A DNA stretch of 64,000 nt from Octopus vulgaris. Taxonomy: Eukaryota. The stretch lies in NCBI GenBank assembly GCA_951406725.2, contig OX597815.1:126480001-126544000 (forward strand), given 5' to 3'. This document shows, piece by piece, positions 12,901-26,716 of the stretch; the first letter of the stretch is position 1; each line of letters starts with the position of its first letter. Made by a program: the position numbers and the translations under genes. The notes beneath the pieces were generated by a model. It was given only the letters and a program-made list of their open reading frames with translations, was not told the DNA's origin and did no database searches.

Positions 12901-15900
12901 TTACTAAAAGGTTGGATATTTGATTTATCTACTTCAGTAAAATCAATGTACAATCGATTCAGGAGATATTTGAACCCGGAATTTATCAGGATGAAATGAA
13001 ACAGTACAATGTAGTCTTAGAAATACAAAAACATGAGACTGTCATGGATGTAACATTTTGATTATATGTCTGTTCAGTCAGAGATAAGAAGTGGCTAAGC
13101 AACTATTAAAAAATCTCAAGCTCAACTAATCGCAGGTTTTGTTGGGTGGTTTCTTATACAATATGAAATGTAGCTGGATCAGTGTACATTCAACGGTACA
13201 ATGTTGGCGTACTTTGCACTAGATTTGATCTAAAATTTACTGAAAGACCGCCGTTCTCCAAATGTGGTCTCAGAGTTTTCAATGCGATGTTGTTTGCGGG
13301 CAAGAAATTGAAAGGTCAGAGAGTTTTGAGAATAATCGTTATGAAATATTTTATATTACCGCTTCGTTGTTTATTAATTTCTTACACTGATTCTATGGAA
13401 TTCTAATTCAAAATGATGAAACGGATTACTAATGCAATTAGTTCAGCTTTCTTGTCTTAACCATCTGATACTTGACTATCAGATAAAATACGAAAGATAA
13501 ATAAGCAAGATTTAATATCACCAAACCAAGCATGCGCCTCCATACTCTGCATATGACACCATGTGAGACATATTTTTATATCCACATAAAAAAAGATACG
13601 AGAGTAACAATATTCATTCTTGCTAAATATCTTCTGAACAGATTAATCTATGAATTTCTTTTTTGTATCCTTTCCTAAACTACATGTTTTCAAATTTAAA
13701 CACCTTTCCCTAGACTAATTTGTTTTTGAACATAATTTAATGTTACTGTTTACATAAATGTGAAAAACAAATGTTTTAAAATATTTTTTTATTAATTTCA
13801 TCAGTAGAAACAAAACAGTTCTAATGACCTCTGAATGATGGCTGGAATATTTTCGTGTAGCAGCAATGTTATTTCATACATGCAAGCATTAATCCAAAAA
13901 GTAGTTGCTTTTAATCTTGTTGTGAGTGAGCCAATCCACCGATTATATATATACGCAAGGTTTTATAAAATTCATACTTAGGAAACTTAGGGTTTATCGT
14001 ACCAAACTGACTAGAGGTCAGTTCTGAAGCACACTGCTTGTAAATATTGGAAGTAACCGAAGTTATTGCTGTTTAGATTCCGGTCAGCTCCGATTAATTA
14101 CACTTTTGATCAGGTATAATGCATCTAGAACTACGTTACGTATCTCCTTTTTAAGACGGCAGAAAGTTACAAGATATTTTTCTATTGTCACTAGTCAGCT
14201 TAGTTGGCTTGTGTCCAAATAATTTTTTGCGCTTAGAAACTGTGTGAATATAGTACTGGTGCAGATAATACGGTAGTTTCATCAACAAACATGCTATGTA
14301 AGAGAATTCGGATCAGTAGAGATCCTCTAAACAAGTCATCAGGTTGCCACCGCGTATAAATTTAAGAGGCGAGAACATGAAGGATATGCTATGCCTTAAG
14401 ACATCATCTTTCTTGGCACTAAAAACGTTGCTAAGGGTTATCGTTTCTTGGACGGTGATGAGCCATTCTTTATGTAGTGTCCCCTGTATAGCTACTTTAC
14501 AATCTACCTGTGACACGCTCAAAAGTTCAGGTTTGAGATCTTGGACTGTTAGAGATGTAGAGACATCTAGAATAAGGAGTTGACAACCAGCATAAGTCAT
14601 AGTTGAAGCGCCTATATCGCTGGAGGTTGTCAGCTCGAAATTGGCAGAGCTTTAAACATCAAGAATATAAATTTAATCCCCTTTGATACAACCCCCAAAC
14701 CATGTCTGCAGAATAATATTAATTGAACACGTCAGGTTTCCTTGTAGGTTAAAAGGTGTGTTATTTTGATCAAGCGATAATCTGAGTAGGGAATACCCTG
14801 TATATTAGGTTAACTTTTAGCTTTCTAAGCGTTAGAAAGTGCTTTGGCTAAAGACAGTATACGAATACTAATTAAGACTGCCTGAATGGCAAAAAATTCG
14901 ACCTCTGCACCGAAATTAATTCGTACATTGAAATAATTGAAAATATTTCGGCAGAGCTAAGTTGAAATAGGCTTCTTCAATGTGCAATGATAGTTAATCG
15001 AACTGATGTTGTTGAATGGGGGGTTTTAACGGTGTACGCAGCAAATGAATTCACAGGAACACGAAAGAGACTATGTCTCAGTAATTACCAGATTCTGATA
15101 AATAAGAGTAGACCCTATGTAAATAAATGGACGAAAGATTTCATACGTGCACCATATGTATAATTAGAAAGAGTGGATGGAATAGGAAGAATTTCCCAGT
15201 AGAGTGTTTTTCAATTTTCTATATGGGCTCGCCACATTTGTGACTTTTTACTTGTTGATGAAGTCAGTACAGTAAATTCTTATGATTGCAGTTACCTCTA
15301 CACCCATTCACCAGGTATCCCAGGTGCAGGCTAATGGCTTCATGTAATAGTCTCAAAATTGATCAATGTGGATGATCCAGAATCAAAAGGAAACGACATT
15401 TTTCACTAATGGACAACTTCTTAAAATGCTTCTTGGTGGCCGACCTTCATTTGGAACCGGTACTCTCATCGATGTATGAGCATTACCAATATTTAAGCTC
15501 AAATATGCATCTGATCCGAGGTACGCAGCATATCCGATGGTAAAAAATCGGAATGAACTCAGGCAATATGTTTATACTTACCACACTACAAAAACGAAAG
15601 TTGTGATACATTCATCGTAACACTATTAATAAAAGAATGTTAGAATTACCATCCACTCGAGATTTGACATTTTTATTTCAGAATGTCTAAACTCCTAAAC
15701 AATCTGCATTAACTTTGGCTGTGTAACTCATATTCTTTTTTAAGTAGATTTCTATGTGAAGTTTGGAAATTTAACATTAAGTAAAGGCAATAAAACAAAG
15801 AGAGAGAAAAGATGAAAGAGTCATCGAATAGAAAAAGCAAACCCCAAGCAGAAGAGCCTATGGGGATAGAGTTTGTATAGAGATTCAAAAATAAATTCAT

Positions 15901-18900
15901 CAAAGGAAAAATATGCCAGAATAGAAGGGAGCAATGTGCATGAGAAACTGAGATTAGAACGAGATAGCAAAATAAAGTGGAGGCAAATTTTCAGCAAGTT
16001 AACGGGTAAACTTTTGGGAATTGAGTTGAGTTGGTAGGTTGGTTATAACAGATTTTAACTGTTAAGCCAGATCAGTTCTGAACGAGCAAACTTGTTATTA
16101 AAAGTATTCTAGCCATGACAATCCCATTTGTTATCCAGGCTATATCTAGAACTACATTATCTTCAAATATTTATATACATATACAAGACTTCTGAAAACC
16201 AAAACGTAGTTAAATAATAACACACACTATGAAATTGATAGTCTGAGAAATCTGATATTGTTGTCGCCAAAATATAATGATGTTTATCATTAACTAATTT
16301 CCTGTATTAATGACATCAATCACAGTCAATTTTCTATATAAATAAGTTATTACAATAAAACTGAACCCTTATTTCAATGATTTTCTTCCAGAGACGATGT
16401 GTAAACAGACTAGATTAATCTGAGTATATTTACGTGTATGACGAATATTTATTTCAGAAAATAGTTCGTCCTTATGATACAAGTTATATGTAATTAATAT
16501 TTATTATCATTAATACCATATTTATCAAATAGTTTGTCCTGTAAGTGGCTAATCAGACGATCGAAACTAAAGGCTATAAAATTTACCTTGTAACTGTTAC
16601 CATAGTACAACAAAAATTCAAATACATGATACGTGTAAAATAACTGGGTCACAATTTAAGGACCTTAGCAACAGGTTTCTTTCAGTAAAAAAAGAAATAA
16701 TTTTGTTCATTGAACAAAACACTCTGGAGCTATAGCAACTTAAAACGGTTTCGAAATATAGCAATAACTACACGATATGCAATTTGGCTAATAATGGGTA
16801 GGGACTGTAATATTAAACACCCGTTTCAAAACTTGGTGCATATACTAACTAAAGCCTGATCGCGCGTTTCACGTGACTTTATAAACAAAAAAGGAGATTA
16901 TCTGTATAAAATATTCTTTAGAGTGTAGTTTTTAACAAACATTTCATGCACAAAAGTCGAGGTGGTTAAAAGAAAAAGAATTACTAAATTAATTTAGATA
17001 TACACAAATGAACTATTTCAAGTTCTGTAAGAAATACACTAAACAAATTTGATTGCTTGTCACTTAGTCAAACTGTATTTTCAGAGCAACCAGTTCAATA
17101 CCCAAATATTCAAATTATATATTCAAATTTCCTATGCAAATCAGCTAATTATATATTTAAATCTAATATGCAAATTAGGCGCAAGATTTTTTTTTTTTTT
17201 TTCAAATTTTTCACTAAGTTGATAATCCTGGTATAAGTATGATCCTTTTAGAAAATAATTGTGTCTGACAATGTTATATCTCGATTTTAATTAAATATAC
17301 ACAAATGTTATCTCTGCTATTTCTTTTCAGCCGTTTCCTTGTGTTTTATACAAGTTGTACAGAAAGCCTTATCAAATAGCATGAACTTTGTAGATTCAAC
17401 ATAGATGTCCAGTTTTAGGTTTGTCTTTTTTCCCATAATTTATCAAATCATACTGGATAATTCAAATGATGGTTGTAAGCATAGAATTAAGCTATTTTTG
17501 AAATTTAGACATATGATAATAGATAAAAAGGCCTGTAACGTTACTTAAATGGCATACAGATCTGTTGAGTGTATTGTATTTTTCTATGGGTGAGTTTTAT
17601 TACAAAATCTAAAGTAGTAGCTCAGTATGCATTCTCAATGCGGGAAATTAAATTTCCGAGTTACATAAAAACAAACTGGCCAAAATTGTAAATGGTTAAA
17701 ATAACATTTCTGCACAGGTCACTCCTTTCAAAATTGGCTACAATATTAAGGAATACGCAATCCGTGAAGAGAAAATTGATTAAATTTTTATCTGCCTTTT
17801 GTTTGACGAAAAAATAAATCGCCCATTTCTAAAAACATATTTTGATTAGTTATGCACATATCACTATACCTTAAAGTGAAAACTGTTGTGATATAATTTA
17901 TAAATTAATGCAATCATATAACTCGTTGTATAAGAAAATAGGGAAGAGTTAAAATGTGATCCACTTTAGAATTGAAATTTTCAAATTAATCGAACAATAT
18001 TGAATATTACAATATAAACAAAATAGATCTGACGGAAAATCTTTATGGCTAGCAATTAAGATCCTCGTGAAAATATTCATTACTTAACAGAAATACACAC
18101 CTGCGAAAATACTCATAAAATTCGTAAGCGTAAAGAAAATAAGGTTACATACTTCTCTCTTATGTAATTCAGCCAGTAAGAATCTTCCCAAGAAGACAAT
18201 TGGTGTTGGTATTGATAATTCAAAATTCATCACTGCTAGAACAAACAATTCTGTTGAGAGCAATTGCTGTTTGCTGTAAGAGTTATCTGTCAGATAAATG
18301 AGCTGAGAGACCTGGAATTCAATTAAACACCTTCCATTAGGCATAAATATATGTGAATTGAGTGTTGTATTTTGTTTGTATTGTGATCATCAAGAGTATA
18401 ATCATTTTTATTACTAAATCTTTTGTTGATAATTTCCCAGGTGAATTTTATATATATATACTGTAACTGATTTAATTTCAGGAGCGTGGGTGTATGAGTA
18501 CAAGCATATATTACGTTTCTGTAGACAATGGTGTAGTAATAATGTTATCTATTACAAAAATTTTAAAAAACGTTATATAACGACTAACCTTTAAAATATC
18601 TTGTTGGTAAAACTTGGAAGCAAGAAAAAGACATGCAATTCCAAGAAGTTGTAATTTATCCAGGGGTGTATTTTGGACAGCTAAAAATACATCTATGAGC
18701 TTCACTGTGAGCATTAAAGTTTCTTCGCAGAATTTCAGATGAACCTAGACATATTAACATTAAAAAAATTGGTGATTTTTTTTCCCAACCTTAGAACAAA
18801 AAGTCTCATGCTTATGATCAAATAAGATAATGTGACAAATCTTTTGCATATAACCCACTCTCTCGAGATAGGTCAACAGATAAAACAGTTGCAGTAAATA

Positions 18901-21900
18901 GTGGGGGAAAGAATTCATCACATGGATATGTATGAAATTCTGTCCAAAAGACAATTTTCATGTCCCATCATACTTTTTTGAAATAGAAGTTTTTACTCGG
19001 AGTTCCTTAGATTCTGAAACTAAAAGCAAAATCAAAGTAGAAATTGAGTATATCAGCATTAGAACAATGCCAGTTTACAACCCATAGTTGTAGAATATTT
19101 GATACGGCAGCCTTAACATGGATTTGAAATGCAATTTGCGTTTTGAAAGTATTAATACTTCATATCACTGCGTGTGTAGTTAGATGGTAAACAGACCATT
19201 TGAAATACCAATTGCCAAGACGAAGAGCTGATTACATATGAAGCTCCATGGTTTCTTCTAAACTTGTTACAATTGCAATTTAGTATTATCACTACTCTTT
19301 ACAGATACAAATTATTGTTTAATAGAATGACCAACAAGTAACGAATGTACTTATCAATTTACTTATTGACGGTACTTATTTTAATTATGGATGTATTTTA
19401 ATTATGAATGTATCGGCTTCGCTGATAATATTTGAACCCGGAACAAAGCGGCATGAATTTGGACATTTCAATGCATCAACAATATGCATGTTGATTTGAA
19501 GCCATTAATATTGGTGGTAATATTTCATAGTCAAAAACATTTAAAACCTGGTTTTGAATGATTTGTACATAGAATGGATGTTAAACAAGAAGAATCGGGA
19601 GCAACAAATGCTCAGATTTAATGTCGAGGTCGTCCGAGGCCGAATATTATGGATTTAGTATTTCCGACAGTTTGATGAAGGAAAGCACAATAAAAAGTAA
19701 GTATCCTGCACAGAAACTTAACACCAGCAGCAAATTGATATACATGACTCATAAACGGATAGTATACTACATTACACGCTTGAACATCTCACCACCTAAT
19801 TTAATTCACGGACAACTTGAAAGTTTCATTAGACGAATGAAGTTAATGGCAAACTCAAAAAAATAATTGAAGTCAAATTTTGAAACAAGAAATTTTTTTC
19901 CATTTTAAAATTTCGAGCTCAATTGAATTTGCACTTTCTTCCTTTTTAATTAAATAAGCTAATTATGTAAACCACTGTGCCTACGTAGCTATATACTGTG
20001 CACTATCATCCAATTAACAGTAAATTATAAGGAAAATAATCAGAAATTTTACACCTACTTGTACATTGATAATCCAATCAATCAGAATTCCTCGACTGTT
20101 ACAGCTTACTTCTCTTTGCCTGCGTAGAAAGTCGGCTTTTAAGACCCATTTCTTTTCAATTTCCTACAATTTAAAAAATACATAAAACCTTTTCTATAAA
20201 CTCCAAAACCACAGATTGCTTACAATTAAAAATAATATGCACCGAATAGAAATTTAATATTTTTCTTTCAGATCAAACAAAAAGCTTCAAATTTTTTATA
20301 GTTTGTAATTTTAATTTCTCTGATTTCAGGATTCGGAAATAACTCGACTCAAACTTTAATTCAGCTATCTGATGTGCATGCATTTAAACAACTATACTGA
20401 TCATTTGCTGTTGTGATTGAAGTTAATAAAAAACTGTAAATTTCTGTATATCCGATTCATATTGGTCATAAAAAATCTGAAGTTCTGATTTGCTAAATTT
20501 GTTTTTTTTTTTTTTTTTTACTATTTTGTATTCTGGTCATAAGATGAAATGCGAAAAATAGAATATCTTTTTAAAAGAAATATAAATTTGGAGGCAAAGA
20601 TTTCATGAGAAAAATCTCTTAGATAACTTGCACCAGCTCATTAAATCTCCCAGAATAACGATCATATTCAGTTTTAACTGTATAGATTACACCAATATTA
20701 TTAAACATTGTAAATTTCGATTACCTTGTTGAACGCAATTATATAAAATATGTCATGCTTATAGTTAATAAACTGATATCAAAGCATTTAGAATATATTT
20801 TAGCTGTAGTTCGCTATTGTCAGCAAAATATTTTCCTCCCGACTACTTATGTAAGGTCATAGAAAAGTATCGTTCGCGTTAAATGTGATTTACACAAACA
20901 GTATATGTCTATGGACATATACTGACATATTCTTGTAAGAGTATTGGTTTTTAGCACAATATCATCAATTTCAGCTACGAGATAAGTCGATAGCATCGAC
21001 CCCAGTGCTCAATTTGTACTTATTTTATCGATTGATCCCTTCCTGGAAAAGAATATTTTAAGTATATAAACTTCAAATGACTATAATTTTGAAAAATATT
21101 TAGTTGAAAATTTTCCTTTGACTAGCTCCCTAAAGTGGGAAGAAAATGGAATTTTTAGCATCTTTTCTGTAAAACGTTACTAAAATATTAGAAAGAGAGA
21201 GCTACTGATGAGCATCGAAAATTGATCACAGGTTTGCTTCCCAGATAAATCAGCAATAACAGACTGGTGAATGAAGAAATAATAGTAAGTTTGCATCAGT
21301 ATCTATTTAATACATATGCAACCGTTGTAATTTTGATGTACATTAATGTTCCTTAATATTAAAAGTTATCACAACGAACATCGCATTCAAAACAGGCAGT
21401 TGAGAATATAAACAAAATCAACAAAAAGCTTTTTGTTAGTTTTTATTTTTATTTGTCTTTTACACAATTTCTATGTGGTCTTAAATCCAAAAGTTTTTTT
21501 CAAAAAGGTTAAAATATCGATATATTCGTTATAGAGTACTGCATCATTTCATCATACTCTAACTGGAAAATTTACACCAGCAGATTATTTGCTATCACTG
21601 CTGATCTATATATAAATCCTCAAGAGCATATGTAGTTCCTACAGTGGCAAAATTGAATGCCAATTGGGAATAAATCGCGTTCCTTCAATTGTCAGATTAT
21701 GTTCTCTTTCTAAAAAAGTATAATGCCAAACTTGCTTTAATGTATGATAGAATGAAATGGATTTATTTAACTTTTAGATTTTACTAGATAAGCATAACGT
21801 TATAAAAGTAAAAAATGTAAACATTTGAAAAAAAGAAACACACCTGTAAGTACTGAATGATGTCTTGTGCATATTCACCACAATTTGTGAAGTCCGTAAC

Positions 21901-24658
21901 CCCAGTATCGATGTCGGTAACGTTTGGTGGTAAGTTTTTGTTGGTAAAAAAATCTATTTGAGGAAATATTGAAACTACAAGCTTTGAAGACAATCCCAAA
22001 ATGCACATTTCTCATAATATATTAAATCTGATTAATATTGTTAAGTGGTTTTAGCGAGGTTTAACAATCAATATAATTAATTCAAATACAAAATATGTTT
22101 GATAATTACATTAACTGAATAGTACATCTCGAACTCTGAAATAATTCTACTTAGAAGCTTGATATTAAAAAATGCTCACCACGGAATATGATGTTGGATA
22201 TTTCTAAACTAGTAAGGAATTGTACGGAGATTAAGTGGCCTTGATGTATCCAAGACTTAAACAAAACTGATATAATCAAGAAACGAAACAAATCTTGAAC
22301 TAGACTCTTGAGAGTCTAAGGAATCATTTCATGGAAAATAAAATTTTGTTTGAATATGAAAAAAATATTTCAAAACAAATCTGAAAAGACATTGTGTATA
22401 GTGAGAGAATAGAGCAATAAGTATTAAATAGCGATAGTGCTATAAGACCGCGAAATAATGAACAGCTAGTACAGAAACTAGTAGCTTGCATCGTATTACT
22501 AACATAATCATGACCAGTAGGCGTAGATGAGGAATATGCAAATGCGTACAACAATGTGACAATCTACTGATGTAAAGACACTATGTAAAACTGACGAGTG
22601 TTTTGTTAATTTGTGATACAGTGTTCAAATGTTCGCATAGATATAGGTTCTTTAAGATGGATCCGACATTGACAAAGTTTTTAATAATATTATATTTCTA
22701 AGTTTTCGAGATTCAAAAATTCTTTTTTAATCAACTAACCTAAATATTATGTAATCTAAATAAAATATATAAATTTTCAGTTTGAGAGAATTACTGGGGT
22801 CACTCTAATATAAAATAGTAAAGCAGTGATGAAGAACATACAATCATTGTGGATAACAGTAATTAAGGAGGTAACGTATTATGTGTAGTGTGGCTTATAT
22901 ACCTGAAATTTGTAATGAGAGCCCTTTGCATTTGTTTGACGAACAGTTGCACTCAAGATTTCCATAATTCTCAACAGGTCCATCATCAGGTCGCATATAA
23001 TTTTCATCACTGCAGATATCTAATCGTACTTTATGTTTAACATTTACAGAGTCTCGAAAAACCTGACGAAATTGAGTGAAAAGAAAAGTTATTTCGCATT
23101 GAAATGTTCAGATACTAGATATTTTGTGAAAATCTTACGTTTAGATTTGATTAGGACTGTGAAAATTTATTCAAACAAATTATGCAAAACAGAAAACGAT
23201 TATCTCTCGTGCCTTTAGCAAAAGCCGAGTGCTAGTTTTGCTATTGCAAATTAGAGTCATAAGTGTTTAGGTCTGGAGGGCGATAGCAGGCATGACGAAA
23301 ATGTAGATGATGTATAACCTTGTCAGTGAACGGTATTTACACAAACTCAATGGTTTAGTTCACATGTTTGAAAATAAGTCGCATGAGTAGCATGTAACGC
23401 GTATTTCGATACCTAGCAAGGCTAAGCGCTTATCCTTTCAAGTCGATAGATGATCGATCCAATGAGTCTTCTCTTGTATCTGATTTATATTAATTTTTTT
23501 ATTTGTATTCCAACAAATCAGAAAACAAAATTACGGTTGAAAATGGGAACAACACACACACACACACACACGAGAAGTTAGAAATTTATATACTTTACAA
23601 TTACTTTTAAACCATCTACATAGTAACTATAGATACATTAAAACGCAATTGCTGTCCTTTCATTTTGTTGAATGCATTTTTTATAAAATTAATTAATATT
23701 GAACTGACAATATACCTTGATATTAAATTGCTAAATCTTAGCATTGTTACCTCGCCAAAGGCTCAAACTGATTTAGCGTGAGTCATGTCAGTCAGCTCTT
23801 CTTTCTACATTTATTTTACCTTTGTGTGTGCGTTTAAAAACAGATAAGTAGGTTTGATGGTTCAGAACAATCTGTAAATGTATGCGTTGGGAGCTCAGTT
23901 ACCTTCATCACAGGATCTTGGTGCATTTTTACAAAACCGTACCACCAAGTGCAATATCCCAACTGAGCAACATGTCGAAGAAGGATGTCATCAGCGATAA
24001 CGTATTCGTTGAAAGCAAGATGCTGTAAACCTACAGATAGCCTAAGTGCACTTCATTGAAAAATTAAAATCAATTAGTTAATTCCCTTCCCATCCATCCA
24101 GATATACATCTTTCTACCTATCTATACATTTATTCATCGATTCATCTATCTGCGTAACTATCAGTTTATTAACATATCTAAATGCCTATCTCAATTATTT
24201 ATTAATAGTTGAACATGAAAACCTAGACCAACAACAAAACTTTATAATATTCTGACAATCCTTGGTATTTTTAAGTATCTTATCACTTAATATAAGTTGC
24301 TTGCACAGCTATAAATCGCAATTTCAAAGAGACCACACTCCCCCAAAAATTACCATTTTATGTACTCTATAATTCTTTTCATTCATTTAGAGTCAAATAA
24401 AAGCAAATGACTTAATATATCAAAGTAATGTTAAAAATCCGTTTATCGAATATGCATAGTCATTAATGTTAAGAATTTTTTTTAAATTTAGAAATTCACA
24501 CTTACTGTTTCAAATTGCTCCGAGCACTCAGTGCTTGAAGATTCATAAGATATTGTCGAGTGCCTACGTTGTATAAGTTTCTGTTGACTTTTATTCTCTA
24601 ACTTTTCCAATTCTTCAGACATGCGTCGCAACGATAATAACTGTCTCGTAGTCGTCAT
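3789..24658 (-). CDS. Divergent A/B-type (cyclin B-like) cyclin, 8 coding exons, 401 aa: complement(join(3789..3908,10804..11046,18153..18311,18589..18744,20059..20163,21844..21953,22903..23062,24506..24658))
   Basis: All introns GT-AG with consistent phases, total 1206 nt. Translation has CGEYAQDIIQYL, SRGILIDWIINVQ, EETLMLTVKLIDVFL, KLQLLGIACLFLASK, ELFVLAVMNFELSIPTPIVFL, CKYLMNLALVDHEF, SSEITASALLL, WTPGLTYYTGY = Cyclin_N + Cyclin_C folds. Confidence 0.9.
4433..4468 (-). CDS. Candidate 36-nt in-frame cassette exon of the cyclin (RKMVSDTRSQRK)
   Basis: attattttcag| 36 nt with no stop |GTAAGA, AAG before the donor; phase 0/0 like the host intron. Confidence 0.35.
4546..4928 (-). mobile_element. 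Two adjacent family A SINE copies; 4701..4928 carries an alternative 3' tail
   Basis: Head GGCGGCGAGCTGGCAGAAACGTTAGCACGCCGGG at 4928; central domain occurs twice; tail ...CCCTCTGTGTTTAGCCCCTTGTGGGTAGTAAAGAAA. Confidence 0.85.
6380..7600 (+). mobile_element. Degenerate CR1-clade LINE ORF2 fragment in the last cyclin intron
   Basis: Disrupted RT motifs (SHISKVMEQIVR, QCGFR, VDVIYLDF, VDDTKV, IYRWADTNNMQF); clearly related to the copy at 41000-42540. Confidence 0.8.
10804..11046 (-). CDS. Cyclin exon 7 (Cyclin_C domain)
   Basis: tttcatag|GTC GAG ... TAT CAG|gtaagt, 243 nt, VEDLCKYLMNLALVDHEF...EISEYQ. Confidence 0.92.
18153..18311 (-). CDS. Cyclin exon 6
   Basis: ttccag|GTC...GAA|gtatgt, 159 nt, VSQLIYLTDNSYSKQQLLSTELFVL...HKRE. 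Confidence 0.92.
18589..18744 (-). CDS. Cyclin exon 5 (cyclin box)
   Basis: gtctag|GTT...AAG|gttagt, 156 nt, VHLKFCEETLMLTV...KLQLLGIACLFLASKFYQQDILK. Confidence 0.92.
20059..20163 (-). CDS. Cyclin exon 4 (MRAIL-equivalent helix); absent from the ORF track
   Basis: ttgtag|GAA...CAA|gtaggt, 105 nt, EIEKKWVLKADFLRRQREVSCNSRGILIDWIINVQ. Confidence 0.9.
21844..21953 (-). CDS. Cyclin exon 3
   Basis: cctcaaatag|AT...CAG|gtgtgt, 110 nt, (D)FFTNKNLPPNVTDIDTGVTDFTNCGEYAQDIIQYLQ. Confidence 0.85.
22903..23062 (-). CDS. Cyclin exon 2
   Basis: ttttcttttcactcaatttcgtcag|GTT...TCA G|gtatat, 160 nt open; phase 0 in, phase 1 out matches exon 3. Confidence 0.75.
24506..24658 (-). CDS. Cyclin first coding exon (ATG at 24658; exon acceptor boundary at 24667)
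   Basis: ctgtttctgacag|GCGATTATC ATG ACG...ACA|gtaagt; MTTTRQLLSLRRMSEELEK...QFET, phase 0. Confidence 0.65.
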
Positions 24659-25513
24659 GATAATCGCCTGTCAGAAACAGATTGCATTACCATGGATACC
24701 AAATCATAAACATATTGGAAAGTGGCAGGAAATATCTGAAGGAAGAAATTTGTTATATTTGTTTACTGATGAACACAAATTTGCTTCTAATTATTGTGGC
24801 CATCAATTAGAGCGGTTGTGGGGTGTCATTTGAATTCTAGTAATGTAATCGTTTTCTTTTCCGTCTGAGCTAATTTGGTGTTTGTCTCACTCATTGTTTA
24901 GCTTTTTAGATAAACTGATTTAAAAATTCCCGTTATAGAATTGCAATGATCTCATGTTTATATTCTTTCTTCTTAGTTTACATCAATATTGTGAAACGAA
25001 AGTCTTTTTTAAAAATACTGAATATTAATCGTCAGTTTTAACTACAAGGTACGGTGTAATGAAATAAAGAACTGTATAGCGATGTAATTAAAAAAAGAAA
25101 GTACATATATGATTACCATCGGTTAAGGTTTTAAAAGGTTCACAGAGTAAAAGATTCAGCAAAATAGACTATGCTCCACTGTATTTAACTCACGTTCTCG
25201 GTTCACATCTCTACATCTACGTAGTACTTTTTCCTTTAATCGCTAAAATAGATATCAGTCAAGCACTGCTGTTAAGTCATTCCTCCACACCTCCTCTAAA
25301 TTTTGTGCCAAAGTTAGAAAGTCATAACTTTCGTGTCTGTCTTTAAAGTTTCAAGGTAAAAATAAAAGATACAACTTGGAATCCTAACCAAACCCTAAAT
25401 ACAAGTTACTTATTCTGTCGCACGTCTGTGTTTATCTTTAAAAAGAAATGGATTTCGTTTTTTTTTTTTTATGAAGTAAAAGAAATTGATTTAACATACA
25501 ACTAAATAATTAC

Positions 25514-25723
25514 CTACATACAGTTCTGATTCGGCGGATTTACTTTGAGGAAAGAAATAAGAAAATTATTTAGTGCGGTGCTTCGATATAACAAAAGAAC
25601 AGTTGGAACGGTACCGTAGGCTTAACGAATTTAAGTAGTGTTAACCTCACAACTCTATAAGCGGTATTAAACTATGCTAAAAAATATCTTTAAATGTTGG
25701 TTGTTGTAATATTAACTTTTAAC
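25514..25723 (-). other. Possible 5'UTR exon of the cyclin
   Basis: Strong acceptor ttctttctgtttttcag and donor TAG|gtaatt; contains stops in the cyclin frame, so non-coding. Confidence 0.3.
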
Positions 25724-26288
25724 CTGAAAAACAGAAAGAAATAAGTATTTCATTGAGGCAGTTCAGATTTATAGAAATAAAATTAGAGTGCGAAATATAT
25801 AGGGTTTCATTACTTCTTCAGCAAGAAAATAGTAATGAAATTGCTTTAACCCTTTAACTGCGAAATTAAATTTCATGGTTATTTCAGTAAATAGAATTGA
25901 CATTTTCTGCAAGTCATGTTGCTTCAATAAACTAGATATGTTTCGACAATACATAGCTTGAAACATGCCACTCTTCAACAAGAGAGAGAATGGTATGTAA
26001 AACGGCTTTTTTTGGTGGATATTTTTGATTTCTGCAGAAAAAATGTTTAAATAAGATTAGAGACGGATGACCCAGTGAGAATGTAACTCAATAACACTCA
26101 AATCCAATCAAGATATTAACTATTCTTCACTATATGCTAAAATCTAATATTTCGTAGAATGAAATGTATAAAACTGTAACGATCACGGTTATTTGGTGAG
26201 CATTTAAAGGTATAATTTATGTGAAATGACTTCATTCAAGTACCACTACGAAGAAGTGAATTTAAGCAAAATATTGGTTTCAAATTTT

Positions 26289-26490
26289 GGCACAAGGCCA
26301 GCAATTTTGGGGAGGTGTAAGTCAATTACATCAACCCCAGTGCGTGGCAGGTGCTTACTTATTTTATCAAGCTCGAAAGGATGAAAAGCAAAAATCGACC
26401 TCGGCGGAATTTGAACTCAAAACATAAAGACGGACGAAAAGCTGCTAGGCATTTTTCCCTGCATGCTAACGATTCTGCCGGCTTACCACC
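26289..26490 (-). mobile_element. tRNA-derived SINE, family A
   Basis: GGCACAAGGCCAGC...GAAAGGATGAAAAGCAAAAATCGACCTCGGCGGAATTTGAACTC...GCTAACGATTCTGCC. Confidence 0.8.
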
Positions 26491-26645
26491 TTCCAATTCA
26501 AGTAAAATATTGAGGTTTCTTTTGTCTATGCTTCGATTGAAGACTGAAACCGCGTTGTGATCTCAGTTTGAAAGCAGGTTAACTCTTGCACGACTTCGTT
26601 CACCATATGCACAAATAAATTATTGATTCGTCTCAACATATTTCA

Positions 26646-26716
26646 AGATCATTACATACATACGTTAATTCGATTGCCTACAAGGCAATCGAATCAGTGT
26701 TTGTATGTAAAGATCT
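26646..26716. repeat. 71-nt imperfect hairpin (34-bp stem, 3-nt loop)
   Basis: AGATCATTACATACATACGTTAATTCGATTGCCT-ACA-AGGCAATCGAATCAGTGTTTGTATGTAAAGATCT; 3 mismatches, 2 G.T pairs. Confidence 0.85.

Noticed and set aside
14313-15560. ORFs 14313..14600 and 14344..14583 and nearby higher-complexity intronic sequence
   Set aside because: No motif I can identify and not needed for the cyclin frame; probably a decayed transposon
20899-20924. 11-bp hairpin CAGTATATGTC-TATG-GACATATACTG
   Set aside because: Too short and AT-rich to interpret
21200-21235. CTGATGA-GCATC-GAAA hammerhead-like core
   Set aside because: Stem II is only 1 bp and stems I and III are unconvincing
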